A stretch of 55,821 nucleotides of DNA from an uncultured virus (IMG/VR IMGVR_UViG_3300027704_001989) (lineage: Duplodnaviria; Heunggongvirae; Uroviricota; Caudoviricetes): IMG/VR virus record IMGVR_UViG_3300027704_001989. One strand, given 5' to 3'. A model generated the notes under the pieces. The model was not told the DNA's origin, did not search any database, and saw nothing but the letters and a program-made list of their open reading frames with translations. How positions within the stretch are numbered: position 1 is the stretch's first letter; each line of letters starts with the position of its first letter. The translations under genes were made by a program, and so were the position numbers. Positions 1 through 9,545 of this stretch are shown here, piece after piece.

Positions 1-1338
1 AACACGACCTTTGTACTTAGGTACTCTAGGTTGATCAGTATCTGTGTATCCAACCATCACATTCAAACTACCATATGGCACAGCATACATATCCATGTAC
101 CTAATACCTTTAGTTTCATATTCACCTGTGTTAACATACTGTCTAGAACTTCCGTCGTAGTCAATGTTTTCTTCAAAGTCATATGCAAAGTATGAAAGAC
201 CTAAGTACCCAATTTCAAAACCTAATCCTTCTTCAGGATCTAAACCTAGATTTGGTTGCACCCATGAGTCTCCGTACTGTTGATATAATGTAGGGTTACG
301 ATAACTTGTACTAATGTTAGCAAAGAAACCATTGCCGCCGTCATACCCTAATCTGTACACTCTAGCATCTTCGCTTACACGAGTACCAAACTGTAGATTA
401 TCGTTATATGTCACAACAGCGTATCCACTGACCTCATCTTGCGATTCGCCAATGTAGTTTTCTTTATTATATGTAATACCCGTAACAATATTTGTTACTG
501 TATTAATTGTAAACGTATCTCTAGCATCAAAGTAAATACGATCTGCATCACTAGAATATGTGCTTACACCTTCGGTGAAGTATTCGCTTGATGTGTCGCT
601 ATAACCTAATGTTACATTTTCGTTTCTAATACTAATATCAGTTTTGTTACCCGATTGCAAACAATCATTTGACTGTGCAAAAGATGATGTGTAACAGTTA
701 TCATAATCATAGTCGTAATCAACATGCGACATTGCTACTGTAAATCCAAGTAGTTCTTTCACAGTCTTAATAGATGTATTTTTATAGTCATCTCTTTCGG
801 TATTATCGTTACGCACACTGTCGTTAGATACATCAAATGATGTAATACTTATAGTGTCAAGTATTGCTACATTTATTAATTGATGACTCTCTCCCAGTCT
901 AACAACTGCTTGGTCTTCGATTGTATCATTGATAAACACTGTTCCACCTAGGCTACCGGAGCCATACAGAACACTGTTAGGTCCAGAAACAATATTAACT
1001 GTTTCGAGTCCGCTGACAATATCATGTGCAAAGTCATACCAACCTGAGCCGGAATCATTTGCAGGTACGCCATTTTTATACACTGTTGTATGTGTAGTTT
1101 GGGTACCACGTTCGCTATAACCAGCAAAGCCGCCATAACCACCTGCACTGAAAGACATTGCCGGCATAACCAATTCGATTATTGCCATGTCGTCTGTTAC
1201 ATCAGTAGTGTCTACTTGATTTACTGATCCTACAACTACTATCTCTTCAATGTAGCTCGAGTCTTCAGCGTGTGTATTAGTCGATAACATTGTTGATAAT
1301 GCTACTACTGCGACTAATTTGTGTACTACGTTTTTCAT
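1..1338 (-). CDS. TonB-dependent outer-membrane receptor, BtuB-like (C-terminus runs off the window; absent from ORF track)
   Basis: Manual translation from ATG 1338 (RBS AAGGAG): signal peptide MKNVVHKLVAVVALSTMLSTNTHA, TonB box EEIVVVGS, plug motif VSGPNSVLYGSGSLGGTVFI, barrel motif TSYRNPTLYQQYG..NLGLDPEEG. No stop seen before position 1. Confidence 0.9.
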   Translation of the reverse strand, partial: MKNVVHKLVAVVALSTMLSTNTHAEDSSYIEEIVVVGSVNQVDTTDVTDDMAIIELVMPAMSFSAGGYGGFAGYSERGTQTTHTTVYKNGVPANDSGSGWYDFAHDIVSGLETVNIVSGPNSVLYGSGSLGGTVFINDTIEDQAVVRLGESHQLINVAILDTISITSFDVSNDSVRNDNTERDDYKNTSIKTVKELLGFTVAMSHVDYDYDYDNCYTSSFAQSNDCLQSGNKTDISIRNENVTLGYSDTSSEYFTEGVSTYSSDADRIYFDARDTFTINTVTNIVTGITYNKENYIGESQDEVSGYAVVTYNDNLQFGTRVSEDARVYRLGYDGGNGFFANISTSYRNPTLYQQYGDSWVQPNLGLDPEEGLGFEIGYLGLSYFAYDFEENIDYDGSSRQYVNTGEYETKGIRYMDMYAVPYGSLNVMVGYTDTDQPRVPKYKGRV

Positions 1339-1359
1339 TTATTCTCCTTATTATATTAT

Positions 1360-1394
1360 AAAAAAAGCACACTCCCCAAAATTAGGGAGTGTAC
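1360..1394 (-). terminator. Intrinsic terminator after the AAA ATPase gene
   Basis: GUACACUCCC-UAAUUUUG-GGGAGUGUGC stem followed by U7 on the minus strand. Confidence 0.85.
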
Positions 1395-1434
1395 TAGGGT
1401 GAAGCGTCTAGGCTACTATTACCGTGGGAGTATT

Positions 1435-2469
1435 TTATAATCCCAAACGCTTCATACAAGTGCTCTCGGCCAATCCTTTCCAGGTGTCCGGGCTCATTTG
1501 TTTTAGGTCAGCTATTTTAAGTACCATTCTTAATGATATCTCTCTAAGCCTACTTGCCTTTTCATGCATAAAGTCTACGACTTCTGCATTTCCTTCTTCG
1601 CCAAACTTGTAGCAGTCTAACATACCGTCTCCAACAATCTGATGGATTCTAAGGAAACGATCGTTAACACTGTTCATTTCTAAGTCCATGTAGTGACATC
1701 TTGACATAAGTGCCGCTAAGTGGTCTTGTATCTTCTTGCTACGAACATTTTCAAAGTTAACGTTAGTAATAAAAATTACACCACCTGAGAACTCAAACCT
1801 ATCTGGAATGCCTTCTCTTCGTAATGCAACTGATTCTGACTTCCAACTAATTGTACGCTTCTTACCTGAGTCTAGTACTGCCTTCAACATGTTCAAGCAT
1901 ACTTCATCAAACAAGATACTGTCACAGTCATCAAACACAAGGATATCACCTTTTGCTGAATTGTTAAACAGTGTCTGGTACAGACCAATTGGGGTCATTG
2001 AACCTTTTACTACTTCCGTTCTCGGTGGACGACCAGCGAGTTTAGTTTCTGCATCATACATATCGATGATACTTTCAACACCAAATGATTTACCAACTCC
2101 TGGAGGGCCACTTACTATAAGACCTCTGACAACACCGTTTGCTACAGCATCAGTCATTTGGTCTAGAATAGCAAAACGCTCTCTAATTCTAATCATTGCC
2201 TGCTCGTCAGTTTCTTTAGGCTTAGCCTCTTTCGCTTCTGAAGCAGTTACAGCAAGACTCTCGCCTTCAACATCTGTTAAAGGTTCAACACTTGCTAGTG
2301 TTGGTACTACAACACGGATTGAAGTACGCTCTGATCCTAATAATGCTGATGCATCTACAGTCACAAAGTATCCTTTCTTTCCTTGTTGAGTTGGTTTGAT
2401 CAAAGGAAATACTCCTTCGATCGGTTGGTTACGGTATACGCCGTTTTCTATCTTTACAAAGTTACTCAT
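1435..2469 (-). CDS. AAA+/P-loop ATPase, early gene
   Basis: Walker A GPPGVGKS, Walker B ILVFDDCD, sensor IFITN. Start moved to ATG 2469 (RBS GGGAGG, downstream of a sigma70 promoter). Confidence 0.85.
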   Translation of the reverse strand: MSNFVKIENGVYRNQPIEGVFPLIKPTQQGKKGYFVTVDASALLGSERTSIRVVVPTLASVEPLTDVEGESLAVTASEAKEAKPKETDEQAMIRIRERFAILDQMTDAVANGVVRGLIVSGPPGVGKSFGVESIIDMYDAETKLAGRPPRTEVVKGSMTPIGLYQTLFNNSAKGDILVFDDCDSILFDEVCLNMLKAVLDSGKKRTISWKSESVALRREGIPDRFEFSGGVIFITNVNFENVRSKKIQDHLAALMSRCHYMDLEMNSVNDRFLRIHQIVGDGMLDCYKFGEEGNAEVVDFMHEKASRLREISLRMVLKIADLKQMSPDTWKGLAESTCMKRLGL

Positions 2470-2509
2470 ATCTAGCCCTCCCACAGGCATTAATTTAAAC
2501 AATACAGTT

Positions 2510-2538
2510 ATTATACAGTATTAATCAGTCAATGTCAA
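2510..2538 (-). promoter_or_regulatory. Sigma70-type early promoter
   Basis: TTGACA-17 nt-TATAAT, consensus match. Confidence 0.9.
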
Positions 2539-2684
2539 CCGATTAACCAGCTAACAAAACTAAAAAATAATACAATTCCAATGACTTGACCTAACGCTTC
2601 AGCACCATCATCTGTCCTAAATGGCATAGTGAGTACACGCCAAAATATATATATTGGTATGAGTGCGGCTATAAACGTTAACAT
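2535..2684 (-). CDS. Small two-TM membrane protein (49 aa)
   Basis: MLTFIAALIPIYIFWRVLTMPFRTDDGAEALGQVIGIVLFFSFVSWLIG; fills the gap and has its own promoter. Confidence 0.7.
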   Translation of the reverse strand: MLTFIAALIPIYIFWRVLTMPFRTDDGAEALGQVIGIVLFFSFVSWLIG

Positions 2685-2715
2685 ATTATCTTACTCTTTT
2701 TTGCATTATATGTAT

Positions 2716-2743
2716 ATTATACAGTAAAAGTGTGGGAAGTCAA
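2716..2743 (-). promoter_or_regulatory. Sigma70-type early promoter
   Basis: TTGACT-16 nt-TATAAT. Confidence 0.75.
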
Positions 2744-2778
2744 GTAAAAGACATCACAAATAAATCAATGACTTACGT

Positions 2779-3240
2779 CTAGTCTATTGTGATATCTTCC
2801 ATACCTGCTGTTCTAAGTTTAGTGATATGTCCAATCTGCCATTGCTTAGTATCCAAGCCTTTCATGATGCCTAGATATCTATTACGAATTAAAGCGAATT
2901 GGTTGCATAGATGTGAGAGGTCTATAACAGATTGCTCACCGTCAACATACTTTTCAGCATCTCTACTAGTAAGTTGTCTGTTATATGTCTCAAAGAACTT
3001 TCTAAATACACTACTGCGTTCCTTTCGGAGTGCAATGTTTAAGTGTTCTAGAATAGCTTCGATCTCTTGAAGTTGATTAAAACGGTGTTCGGTGATACCG
3101 GGTAAGGAAGCACTAGCTTTTTCTAGGCTTCCTTTGATTCGGCATTCGTACTTGGCACCTTCAAGTTCATTCTCAAAATGACCAATAGCGCCAACTATAT
3201 CACTTAGGTTCGAAGTAACTTTGTTATACCAAGTACTCAT
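2779..3240 (-). CDS. uvsY: Recombination mediator UvsY-like
   Basis: Helical 153 aa protein with LTSRDAEKYVDGE and KGLDTKQWQI motifs; downstream of uvsX. Confidence 0.75.
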   Translation of the reverse strand: MSTWYNKVTSNLSDIVGAIGHFENELEGAKYECRIKGSLEKASASLPGITEHRFNQLQEIEAILEHLNIALRKERSSVFRKFFETYNRQLTSRDAEKYVDGEQSVIDLSHLCNQFALIRNRYLGIMKGLDTKQWQIGHITKLRTAGMEDITID

Positions 3241-3483
3241 TTAATCCCAATCCCCGTCTTCGTCTTCGTCTTCGCCGTCATGTGAACTAATCTCAAAATG
3301 AGATACAATGGCTGCTTTCATTATGCCATCAAACTCATTCATGCTTTCTTCGATTTCGCCAATATCAGCGTTATCATCGAATACTCTAACTAGTACTTCA
3401 GCGGTTTGTAGCTTGTCTTTCTTAGGAATAAAGTGTTTTGCACTATCCCATAACTCATGTAAAAAACTAACATCATGATTCAT
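3241..3483 (-). CDS. Hypothetical acidic protein
   Basis: 80 aa ORF tightly packed between uvsX and uvsY. Confidence 0.8.
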   Translation of the reverse strand: MNHDVSFLHELWDSAKHFIPKKDKLQTAEVLVRVFDDNADIGEIEESMNEFDGIMKAAIVSHFEISSHDGEDEDEDGDWD

Positions 3484-4579
3484 CTGCCATATCCTCCATT
3501 TGATCTAGCATATCATCTCCATCCATGTCGCCGACATCTATTGCTTCTGCTTCTGGATTCATTTCCCATTCATCGATAACAACTTGAAGTTTCTCACTAG
3601 TCCAACCTTTCCTGAACTCTTTGATTTCTTCGCCTGTTACTGGTGACACATAAGATAGCTTGTTACCTACTTTCGCAAGTAGTCCTTTAGCTTCTAACAT
3701 ATCAACCAAACCGCTGTATGGGTCCATGCCGCTCTCGTAAGGAATCTTAATCTGTACACCTTCGAATGGCTTACTGTAACGTGACTTCACAACTTTACAT
3801 GCGGCACGGATGCCTTGTACGGTTGAGACTTTGTTACCATCTAAGTCTTCCTTGAGTTTAAGTTTACGCATTGCAACTACGATACTGGATGCATAGATAA
3901 AGCCCTGACCGCCTGAGATTTTATCATCTGGATCAAACATATCTTGTGATGCATAAGTATGATTAGTTGCAACAATACCTACTGGGAACGGTGCAATCTG
4001 ATTAACCATGTTACGAACAAGTGCTGTAAGTGCTTTAGGCTTTCTGCCCATATCACCTTTCATGTCACCTTTTTCAAACTGATTCACATCAGTTGGTGTT
4101 AACAACATACCCAAGCTATCTATAACAAATAGTAGTTTAGGCATTTCTTCGTAAGGAAGATCGCTGTAGTTAGTTTTATAGTCCTTCATAAAGTCACTTA
4201 AAGTTTTAGCAACATCATCGATCATGCTGACACCTATCTTGAGAAGTTTCTCAGGAGTAGTATCTACATCTAATGCTTGTAGCCAATCTTCGTCAAGTGC
4301 GTTTTCTGAATCAAACAGTACTACCTGACAGCCATGATCTTGTGCTGCCTTTGCAATGTTGCCTGAACAGATAAAACTTTTACCTGATCCAGACTCACCT
4401 GCAAACACACTAACTTTACCTAGTGGGATACCTTTATTAAAGTCTCCACTTATAAGATAATTTAGTGTAAGATTTCCTGTACTAATCCAATCCTGTGGGT
4501 CATGGAAGCCTGCACTAATTCCACTAATGGATTTAGTAACAGACGTCCTAAACTTTGTTAAGTCAAATGGTCTTTGCAT
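3473..4579 (-). CDS. uvsX: RecA-like recombinase UvsX
   Basis: GESGSGKS Walker A, FDSENA, VIDSLG, GDMGRK, NHTY, SGGQG motifs. Confidence 0.95.
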   Translation of the reverse strand: MQRPFDLTKFRTSVTKSISGISAGFHDPQDWISTGNLTLNYLISGDFNKGIPLGKVSVFAGESGSGKSFICSGNIAKAAQDHGCQVVLFDSENALDEDWLQALDVDTTPEKLLKIGVSMIDDVAKTLSDFMKDYKTNYSDLPYEEMPKLLFVIDSLGMLLTPTDVNQFEKGDMKGDMGRKPKALTALVRNMVNQIAPFPVGIVATNHTYASQDMFDPDDKISGGQGFIYASSIVVAMRKLKLKEDLDGNKVSTVQGIRAACKVVKSRYSKPFEGVQIKIPYESGMDPYSGLVDMLEAKGLLAKVGNKLSYVSPVTGEEIKEFRKGWTSEKLQVVIDEWEMNPEAEAIDVGDMDGDDMLDQMEDMADES

Positions 4580-4589
4580 AACAGTCTCC

Positions 4590-5636
4590 TTAAGAACGGT
4601 TTCTAATCATGTTTAGAATATCATCTGCACTAGCAGTACTAGCCGGAGCCGCTACTGGTGCCGCCACTGGAGCTGCTACTGGAGCTGCTACTGGAGCCGC
4701 TTCTGCAACTGCTACTGGTGTAACGTCAAACGGAATGTCTGCTGTTACTGGAGCCGCTACTGGTGCTGCTACTGGTGCTGCTACTGGTGCCTGTGCTTGT
4801 ACAGGTGCCGCAGTTGCTTGTAAACCAGGTGCTGGTGCATTTGCAGGAACTTCAACGCCATATGGCTTGTAGAAGTTACCCCATTTTGCAGGATCATACA
4901 ACTCACCATCTACTGATGCTGCAAACATTTCACTGATTGCATTGTAGTGGTCCGCTGTAGGTTTTGCCGGTAGGTAATCTTTAAGATTATGTAAACCATT
5001 AGTATCAATAGAGGCTAGTTGCACTTCATCTAACGAACTCTCTTTACGAGCCCATTTAGACGTACTGTAATCAGCATACTGTCCTTTAGTAGTTTTACTA
5101 ACCCTAAAGTCAGAACCATTAAGGTAATCAGTTGGAATGTTTTCCATATCTGGGTCCATTAATGACGCTTTAATAATGTTAAAGATTTGAGGTGATATTA
5201 CAAATCTACGCACTGGGTTTTCTGGTGCTGTTTCGTTCAATGGATTATCAGTAACGAATCCGTTAAAGATATATGAACGCTTTTTCCAATACTTACGACC
5301 CATGTCTTCTAAAGACGGATCTTTAAACCAAGGACGAACCTCAGTTAATACTGGACAAACTTCGCCATACATTTCACCACAAGGTACTTGTACAGTTACT
5401 GGTTTGTTTTCTCCGCCTAATACACCTGGGAAGGTGAGACGAATCATTTGTCGCTCTACCCAAAAGAAATCGTTAGTAGTATCAGCGTCAGGTAAAAACC
5501 TAAGAACTGCTGATGTTCCTTCGTCGATATTCCAGTGTGGGTATATTGCGTTGTCGCTCTGTTGAGAGCTGTTTGAATTTGAACCTTTCGATTCCATTGC
5601 CGAGAGCTTTGCTCGGATTTCTGCTAATGAGGCCAT
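4590..5636 (-). CDS. gp32: Single-stranded DNA-binding protein (gp32-like)
   Basis: VLRFLPD, CPV, YWKKRSY, YADYSTSKW motifs; upstream of uvsX. Confidence 0.9.
   Translation of the reverse strand: MASLAEIRAKLSAMESKGSNSNSSQQSDNAIYPHWNIDEGTSAVLRFLPDADTTNDFFWVERQMIRLTFPGVLGGENKPVTVQVPCGEMYGEVCPVLTEVRPWFKDPSLEDMGRKYWKKRSYIFNGFVTDNPLNETAPENPVRRFVISPQIFNIIKASLMDPDMENIPTDYLNGSDFRVSKTTKGQYADYSTSKWARKESSLDEVQLASIDTNGLHNLKDYLPAKPTADHYNAISEMFAASVDGELYDPAKWGNFYKPYGVEVPANAPAPGLQATAAPVQAQAPVAAPVAAPVAAPVTADIPFDVTPVAVAEAAPVAAPVAAPVAAPVAAPASTASADDILNMIRNRS
4645..4790 (-). repeat. Degenerate 12-bp tandem repeats encoding (APVA)n in the gp32 C-terminal linker
   Basis: gctactgg(a/t)gc(c/t) units in two arrays flanking DIPFD. 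Confidence 0.85.
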
Positions 5637-5712
5637 GATGTTTCTCCTTTAATTGCCATGTTTGCCATATGTGCCATATGTGTTACTTACATAATTGCTC
5701 GTAACTGGGTTT

Positions 5713-5741
5713 ATTATACTTGCCTAGATAGAGAAAGTCAA
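5713..5741 (-). promoter_or_regulatory. Sigma70-type early promoter of gp32-uvsX-uvsY
   Basis: TTGACT-17 nt-TATAAT. Confidence 0.88.
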
Positions 5742-5795
5742 CCGTTTATTTTGTATTAAATGTTGACACATTTTTCTCTAACATGTTTATTTATG

Positions 5796-5819
5796 AAAAA
5801 ACCCGCACTAGGCGGGTTT
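5796..5819 (-). terminator. Intrinsic terminator
   Basis: AAACCCGC-5 nt-GCGGGUUU running into a U tract. Confidence 0.8.
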
Positions 5820-5863
5820 AAATTGGTGTTTTCTACTCTTGTAGACGTTTCACAACGTTCTTT

Positions 5864-7126
5864 TTATAGTATATCGTATTGCTCTAAGAAGTCTTCGTAC
5901 ATTGTTCCTGCATCAACTGCTGGAGTTTGTACAGTAGTTGTATTAGTTGTTGCACCAAGTAAACAGCTCTTAATTGTGCCGTACTCGAATTGGTTCAACT
6001 GACCACCTGTTGTAATCTTCTTACTAACACCCTGTAAGTACTCAGCTAGTTTAGCATCGTTGGCTGCATAACTTAGTTGATTAACTTGGTGTCCTAGTCT
6101 TGCTTCTGCAGAAGCAAAGTCTACTAAATCAGCTTCTTGTAGTAAGTTTTTTAAGTTAGCAAATGTTTCTGTTGCTACTGCTTTTGTAATGTAACTTTCA
6201 AATGCATTTTTCTTAAGAGATAATGATTTTAGTTGTCCTAACACATTACCAACTTTGTCATCAAAATGTGATACAGTAAACTTGTCTCTTAACTCTATAT
6301 CATCATCTTCAGAAAGCTCAACTGCTGTTGCAGCTAAGTTTTCAATTGTTGTTTCGTATGTTTTAGCACCACTTAATTTCTTAAGTGTATTCTTAATGTT
6401 TTCAATGTTCTCTACTGCTAGTTGTACATACTCTGCATTATCTTCGTTCATGATTTTTGCTGTTCTAACATAGTTTACAAATTCTCTGAGCTTCTTTAGA
6501 TCCTGTGCCATTTCGATAATGCTAGTAGCACCTTCATCAAATACTTCACCACCCTTTTGCACATGACGAGCCATTGCTCTAGCCATTGCTAAATTGTTCT
6601 CAGGTAGTTTAAATCTTTCATCGCCACGTTGTATAAAGATACTGTGTATGTTTCTACTTCTTGAACCACGCACTTCTTCATTAACTGCTTTCTTATGTTT
6701 AACAACAATCTTTACATTGTCTAAAGATTGATAACTTGTTTTACTAGACCCAGACATTGTGTCGAATCCTTCTTTAATATCTGCCATGTCTTTCTCCGCT
6801 TGTTTTGCGATATCCTGTTTCTCTCCTACAGCTTTTAATTTTTTACCAAATATCTTGTAGTCGAATTTCATTAAGTAGTCTTGAGCAATATCTTTCAACA
6901 TTGTTCTCACTTTATGTTCACTTAAATCTTCACTAGTATTCAATACCATGGTAGTTGTAGCTGGGTCTAGTCTAACTAGAATATTAGGCTCACTTACAAC
7001 AAAACGAGTAGCTTCTGTTGGGTCTATGACCTGCTTGCCGTCTGCACTAAAACTGTCTACACCGAAACCTAGGCCTTTTAGTACATTAAATGTCTTTTCT
7101 GCTATTACTGGGATATTTACGCTCAT
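5864..7126 (-). CDS. Hypothetical protein, probably late
   Basis: 420 aa ORF; GATAAATA lies 5 nt before its ATG. Confidence 0.85.
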   Translation of the reverse strand: MSVNIPVIAEKTFNVLKGLGFGVDSFSADGKQVIDPTEATRFVVSEPNILVRLDPATTTMVLNTSEDLSEHKVRTMLKDIAQDYLMKFDYKIFGKKLKAVGEKQDIAKQAEKDMADIKEGFDTMSGSSKTSYQSLDNVKIVVKHKKAVNEEVRGSRSRNIHSIFIQRGDERFKLPENNLAMARAMARHVQKGGEVFDEGATSIIEMAQDLKKLREFVNYVRTAKIMNEDNAEYVQLAVENIENIKNTLKKLSGAKTYETTIENLAATAVELSEDDDIELRDKFTVSHFDDKVGNVLGQLKSLSLKKNAFESYITKAVATETFANLKNLLQEADLVDFASAEARLGHQVNQLSYAANDAKLAEYLQGVSKKITTGGQLNQFEYGTIKSCLLGATTNTTTVQTPAVDAGTMYEDFLEQYDIL

Positions 7127-7131
7127 AATAC

Positions 7132-7139
7132 TATTTATC
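7132..7139 (-). promoter_or_regulatory. Late-type promoter GATAAATA (leaderless)
   Basis: GATAAATA-GTATT-ATG; motif recurs upstream of structural genes. Confidence 0.8.
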
Positions 7140-7142
7140 TAT

Positions 7143-8723
7143 TTAGAGGAAACCAACTGGCAATGGTTGATCGCCGTCGTCATCATAATCATCAGTATCT
7201 ACAATTCCGCTGTGTACTACACTGTATACAGCATCTTCGAATGTACTAATGTAGTTAATCATTCGCACGTTAAGCATCATAGCCATTACCAAGTCATCCA
7301 TCTCACCAGGCTTTGCTTTGAAACTATTACCTCTGGAAACAAAGTTCTTTAATTCGCTAATAAGTACCTTACTTTTAATATGTATTCTATCTTGTTCTAA
7401 TAAACGCTTAAAGTTTAAGCATGCTTCCATCTTGCTTCTATGCCCTGTGTGGAATCCTTTGCGTCCACGTTTGCCTGCAATCTTCTTAGGGTCGTGTAAG
7501 AAATCACCCGGAAAGTTCTCTTCTCCAGTGTCTCTAATAACCACAAGTGCCGCTTCACCGATTGTATTATTCTCCACAGTCCAGTATAAGTTTTTACAAC
7601 CATTGTCACGCAAGTATATAAGCATTTCCATCATTACTCGCATTTGGCCTTCTACTGGTGTTCTGTTATGTGCCCATTCGCCTACTTGGGTCATTGTAGA
7701 CACATTCATAATCTGTATGGCTGCGTTATCGCCACCTGTGCCGCTACTTGGATCAAGTGTTAAACTGTATATGTGGTTAGGGTTAGGCTTATCGTACCAG
7801 CGTGTTTCGCCCATTTTGCCTACAGGGTCAACTCCCTGCATGTCAACTAATTGTAATGGACTGATAAGTGTTTCATCGTAAATGATAAATTCGCATTCAT
7901 GTTCACGTCTAAACCTTTCTTCACCGATCCTTGCACGTTCCGCTGACGCCCATTCGTCATCACGCTCAGGATGAGCAGTCCATGTTGACATATATCCTTT
8001 AAATCCATTACGACCTACGTCCTGTTCGTTGCCGTACTCATCAAACAGCTTGTTTGCTTCTGCCCAAATAAGTGCAAAAGTATCGTCATCACTGTTTGGT
8101 GTACTTGTTACAATACAAGCACCACCTGTACTTAGTGTAGGAGATAGTGCTGTCCAAAACTCTTTAGCAATACGTGGAGGCACAAACGCAAACTCGTCTA
8201 AGTAAATAAGTGTTAAGGACATACCACGTCCAGTGTTTTCAGTTGTTGTAGTACTTACAATACGACTACCATTATCAAATGTAATGCTACCTTTATTGTA
8301 TTCTGTAACACCTGCTCTAATATGATCAGGAGCACATTCGTATGCATAACGTATACGTTGCATAATTTCACTAGCACCTGACTGCTTATGTGCCGCTACT
8401 AGTATTGTACTGTCTGGCTTGAACATTGCAAACCAAAGTAAGTAACCTGCTGCTACAGTGGTTTTACCCATCTGTCTGCCCAGCATGTTAATACTAAATC
8501 TGTTGTTGTTATAGTTTTCTATTAAGTCTAACTGGTAATCAAATGGTTCAAAGTCTATACCGCCTCTTGTAGGATGCTGTATACGCATATGGTTAACCAT
8601 AAAGTATAATGAACCTGTTTCTGGTTGAGCACAGTTTTTAAAGTCTCGTAGAGTCTCAGGTGTGTATGCTACTTTAGCATAGCCTTGCTTAATTAAACTA
8701 GCATCTACTGTTCCTCTAGCCAT
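7143..8723 (-). CDS. gp17: Terminase large subunit
   Basis: GRQMGKTT Walker A, IYLDEFAF Walker B, TSTPN, RREHECEF, nuclease D residues (LDPSSG, DDLVMA). Confidence 0.97.
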   Translation of the reverse strand: MARGTVDASLIKQGYAKVAYTPETLRDFKNCAQPETGSLYFMVNHMRIQHPTRGGIDFEPFDYQLDLIENYNNNRFSINMLGRQMGKTTVAAGYLLWFAMFKPDSTILVAAHKQSGASEIMQRIRYAYECAPDHIRAGVTEYNKGSITFDNGSRIVSTTTTENTGRGMSLTLIYLDEFAFVPPRIAKEFWTALSPTLSTGGACIVTSTPNSDDDTFALIWAEANKLFDEYGNEQDVGRNGFKGYMSTWTAHPERDDEWASAERARIGEERFRREHECEFIIYDETLISPLQLVDMQGVDPVGKMGETRWYDKPNPNHIYSLTLDPSSGTGGDNAAIQIMNVSTMTQVGEWAHNRTPVEGQMRVMMEMLIYLRDNGCKNLYWTVENNTIGEAALVVIRDTGEENFPGDFLHDPKKIAGKRGRKGFHTGHRSKMEACLNFKRLLEQDRIHIKSKVLISELKNFVSRGNSFKAKPGEMDDLVMAMMLNVRMINYISTFEDAVYSVVHSGIVDTDDYDDDGDQPLPVGFL

Positions 8724-9540
8724 TGTTAGTTCCTAAATAGTTGTGTTTAGTAGCATACTCAAAAATTCCTTGTGCAATTTTTTTATGCCCTGTGTGCCCT
8801 GGGTGACCATTGTAAGACGCTGGATCAGGATCAACTATGTCTGTACCGTTAAACTTTTTGTTTGAGATTACTCGCGGTCCTAACTTTTCAGATATGCCGC
8901 CTAGTATTCTTCTAGTACCAAGTGTTCTGCCATTTACCCACCAAAACACATAATCAATATTATTATCTTCGAAGTATTTTATCCCTCTAGATAAATGCCC
9001 AACGCAATCTGTAACAAATTTCCATATTTCTTTTCTACTTGCTACACTAGTCATTTCAAAAGGATACCACATCTTTACTTCGTCATAGTATTTTTGTAGT
9101 TCACTTTCTGGAATGTCTGACATTGCTATTTCTTCACCGTGTTCTTGTAAGGTATTGCTATCCATATACCTACGCATGAAGTATAACGTTAATTCTAATA
9201 TATTGTCACTTGATGGAAATGATACTGGTTGTACATCATTTCCATCTTTATCTTTAATCGTTTGCCACTGTCTATATCGTGCTGTTGTAAGCTCTATAAC
9301 AACCTTTAAATTTTCCAATGAACCATGCTTTTGCTTGTATGCGTTGCAAAACTCTATGGTTTGATTTACTGAGGATTGTGGGGGTTTGCCGTTATAGCAG
9401 TGCTTGTATAATTGATCTGATCCGAGCAACTCTGCTAAAAAATCAGCATAACTAGGTGCAGGAGTAACAAATTTTAGATCTTTGTACTCTTCATTCCACC
9501 CAGTTGCATAACTAGAACCATTAACATATAAATCTGACAT
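8716..9540 (-). CDS. SGNH/GDSL-hydrolase-like protein
   Basis: N-terminal LYVNGSSYATG block I and C-terminal GHPGHTGHKKIA block V. Confidence 0.65.
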   Translation of the reverse strand: MSDLYVNGSSYATGWNEEYKDLKFVTPAPSYADFLAELLGSDQLYKHCYNGKPPQSSVNQTIEFCNAYKQKHGSLENLKVVIELTTARYRQWQTIKDKDGNDVQPVSFPSSDNILELTLYFMRRYMDSNTLQEHGEEIAMSDIPESELQKYYDEVKMWYPFEMTSVASRKEIWKFVTDCVGHLSRGIKYFEDNNIDYVFWWVNGRTLGTRRILGGISEKLGPRVISNKKFNGTDIVDPDPASYNGHPGHTGHKKIAQGIFEYATKHNYLGTNNG

Positions 9541-9545
9541 GCAGA

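Noticed and set aside
4645..4790. APVA repeats in gp32 as a novel domain
   Set aside because: Low-complexity linker most simply explained by slippage; listed as a repeat only.
5763..5791. Plus-strand TTGACA as an antisense promoter
   Set aside because: The -10 at 17 nt (TTTATT) is poor and runs straight into a terminator hairpin.
7143..8723. Intein, intron or homing endonuclease in terminase or other core genes
   Set aside because: Lengths are normal, motifs are continuous and no splice or endonuclease signatures are visible.
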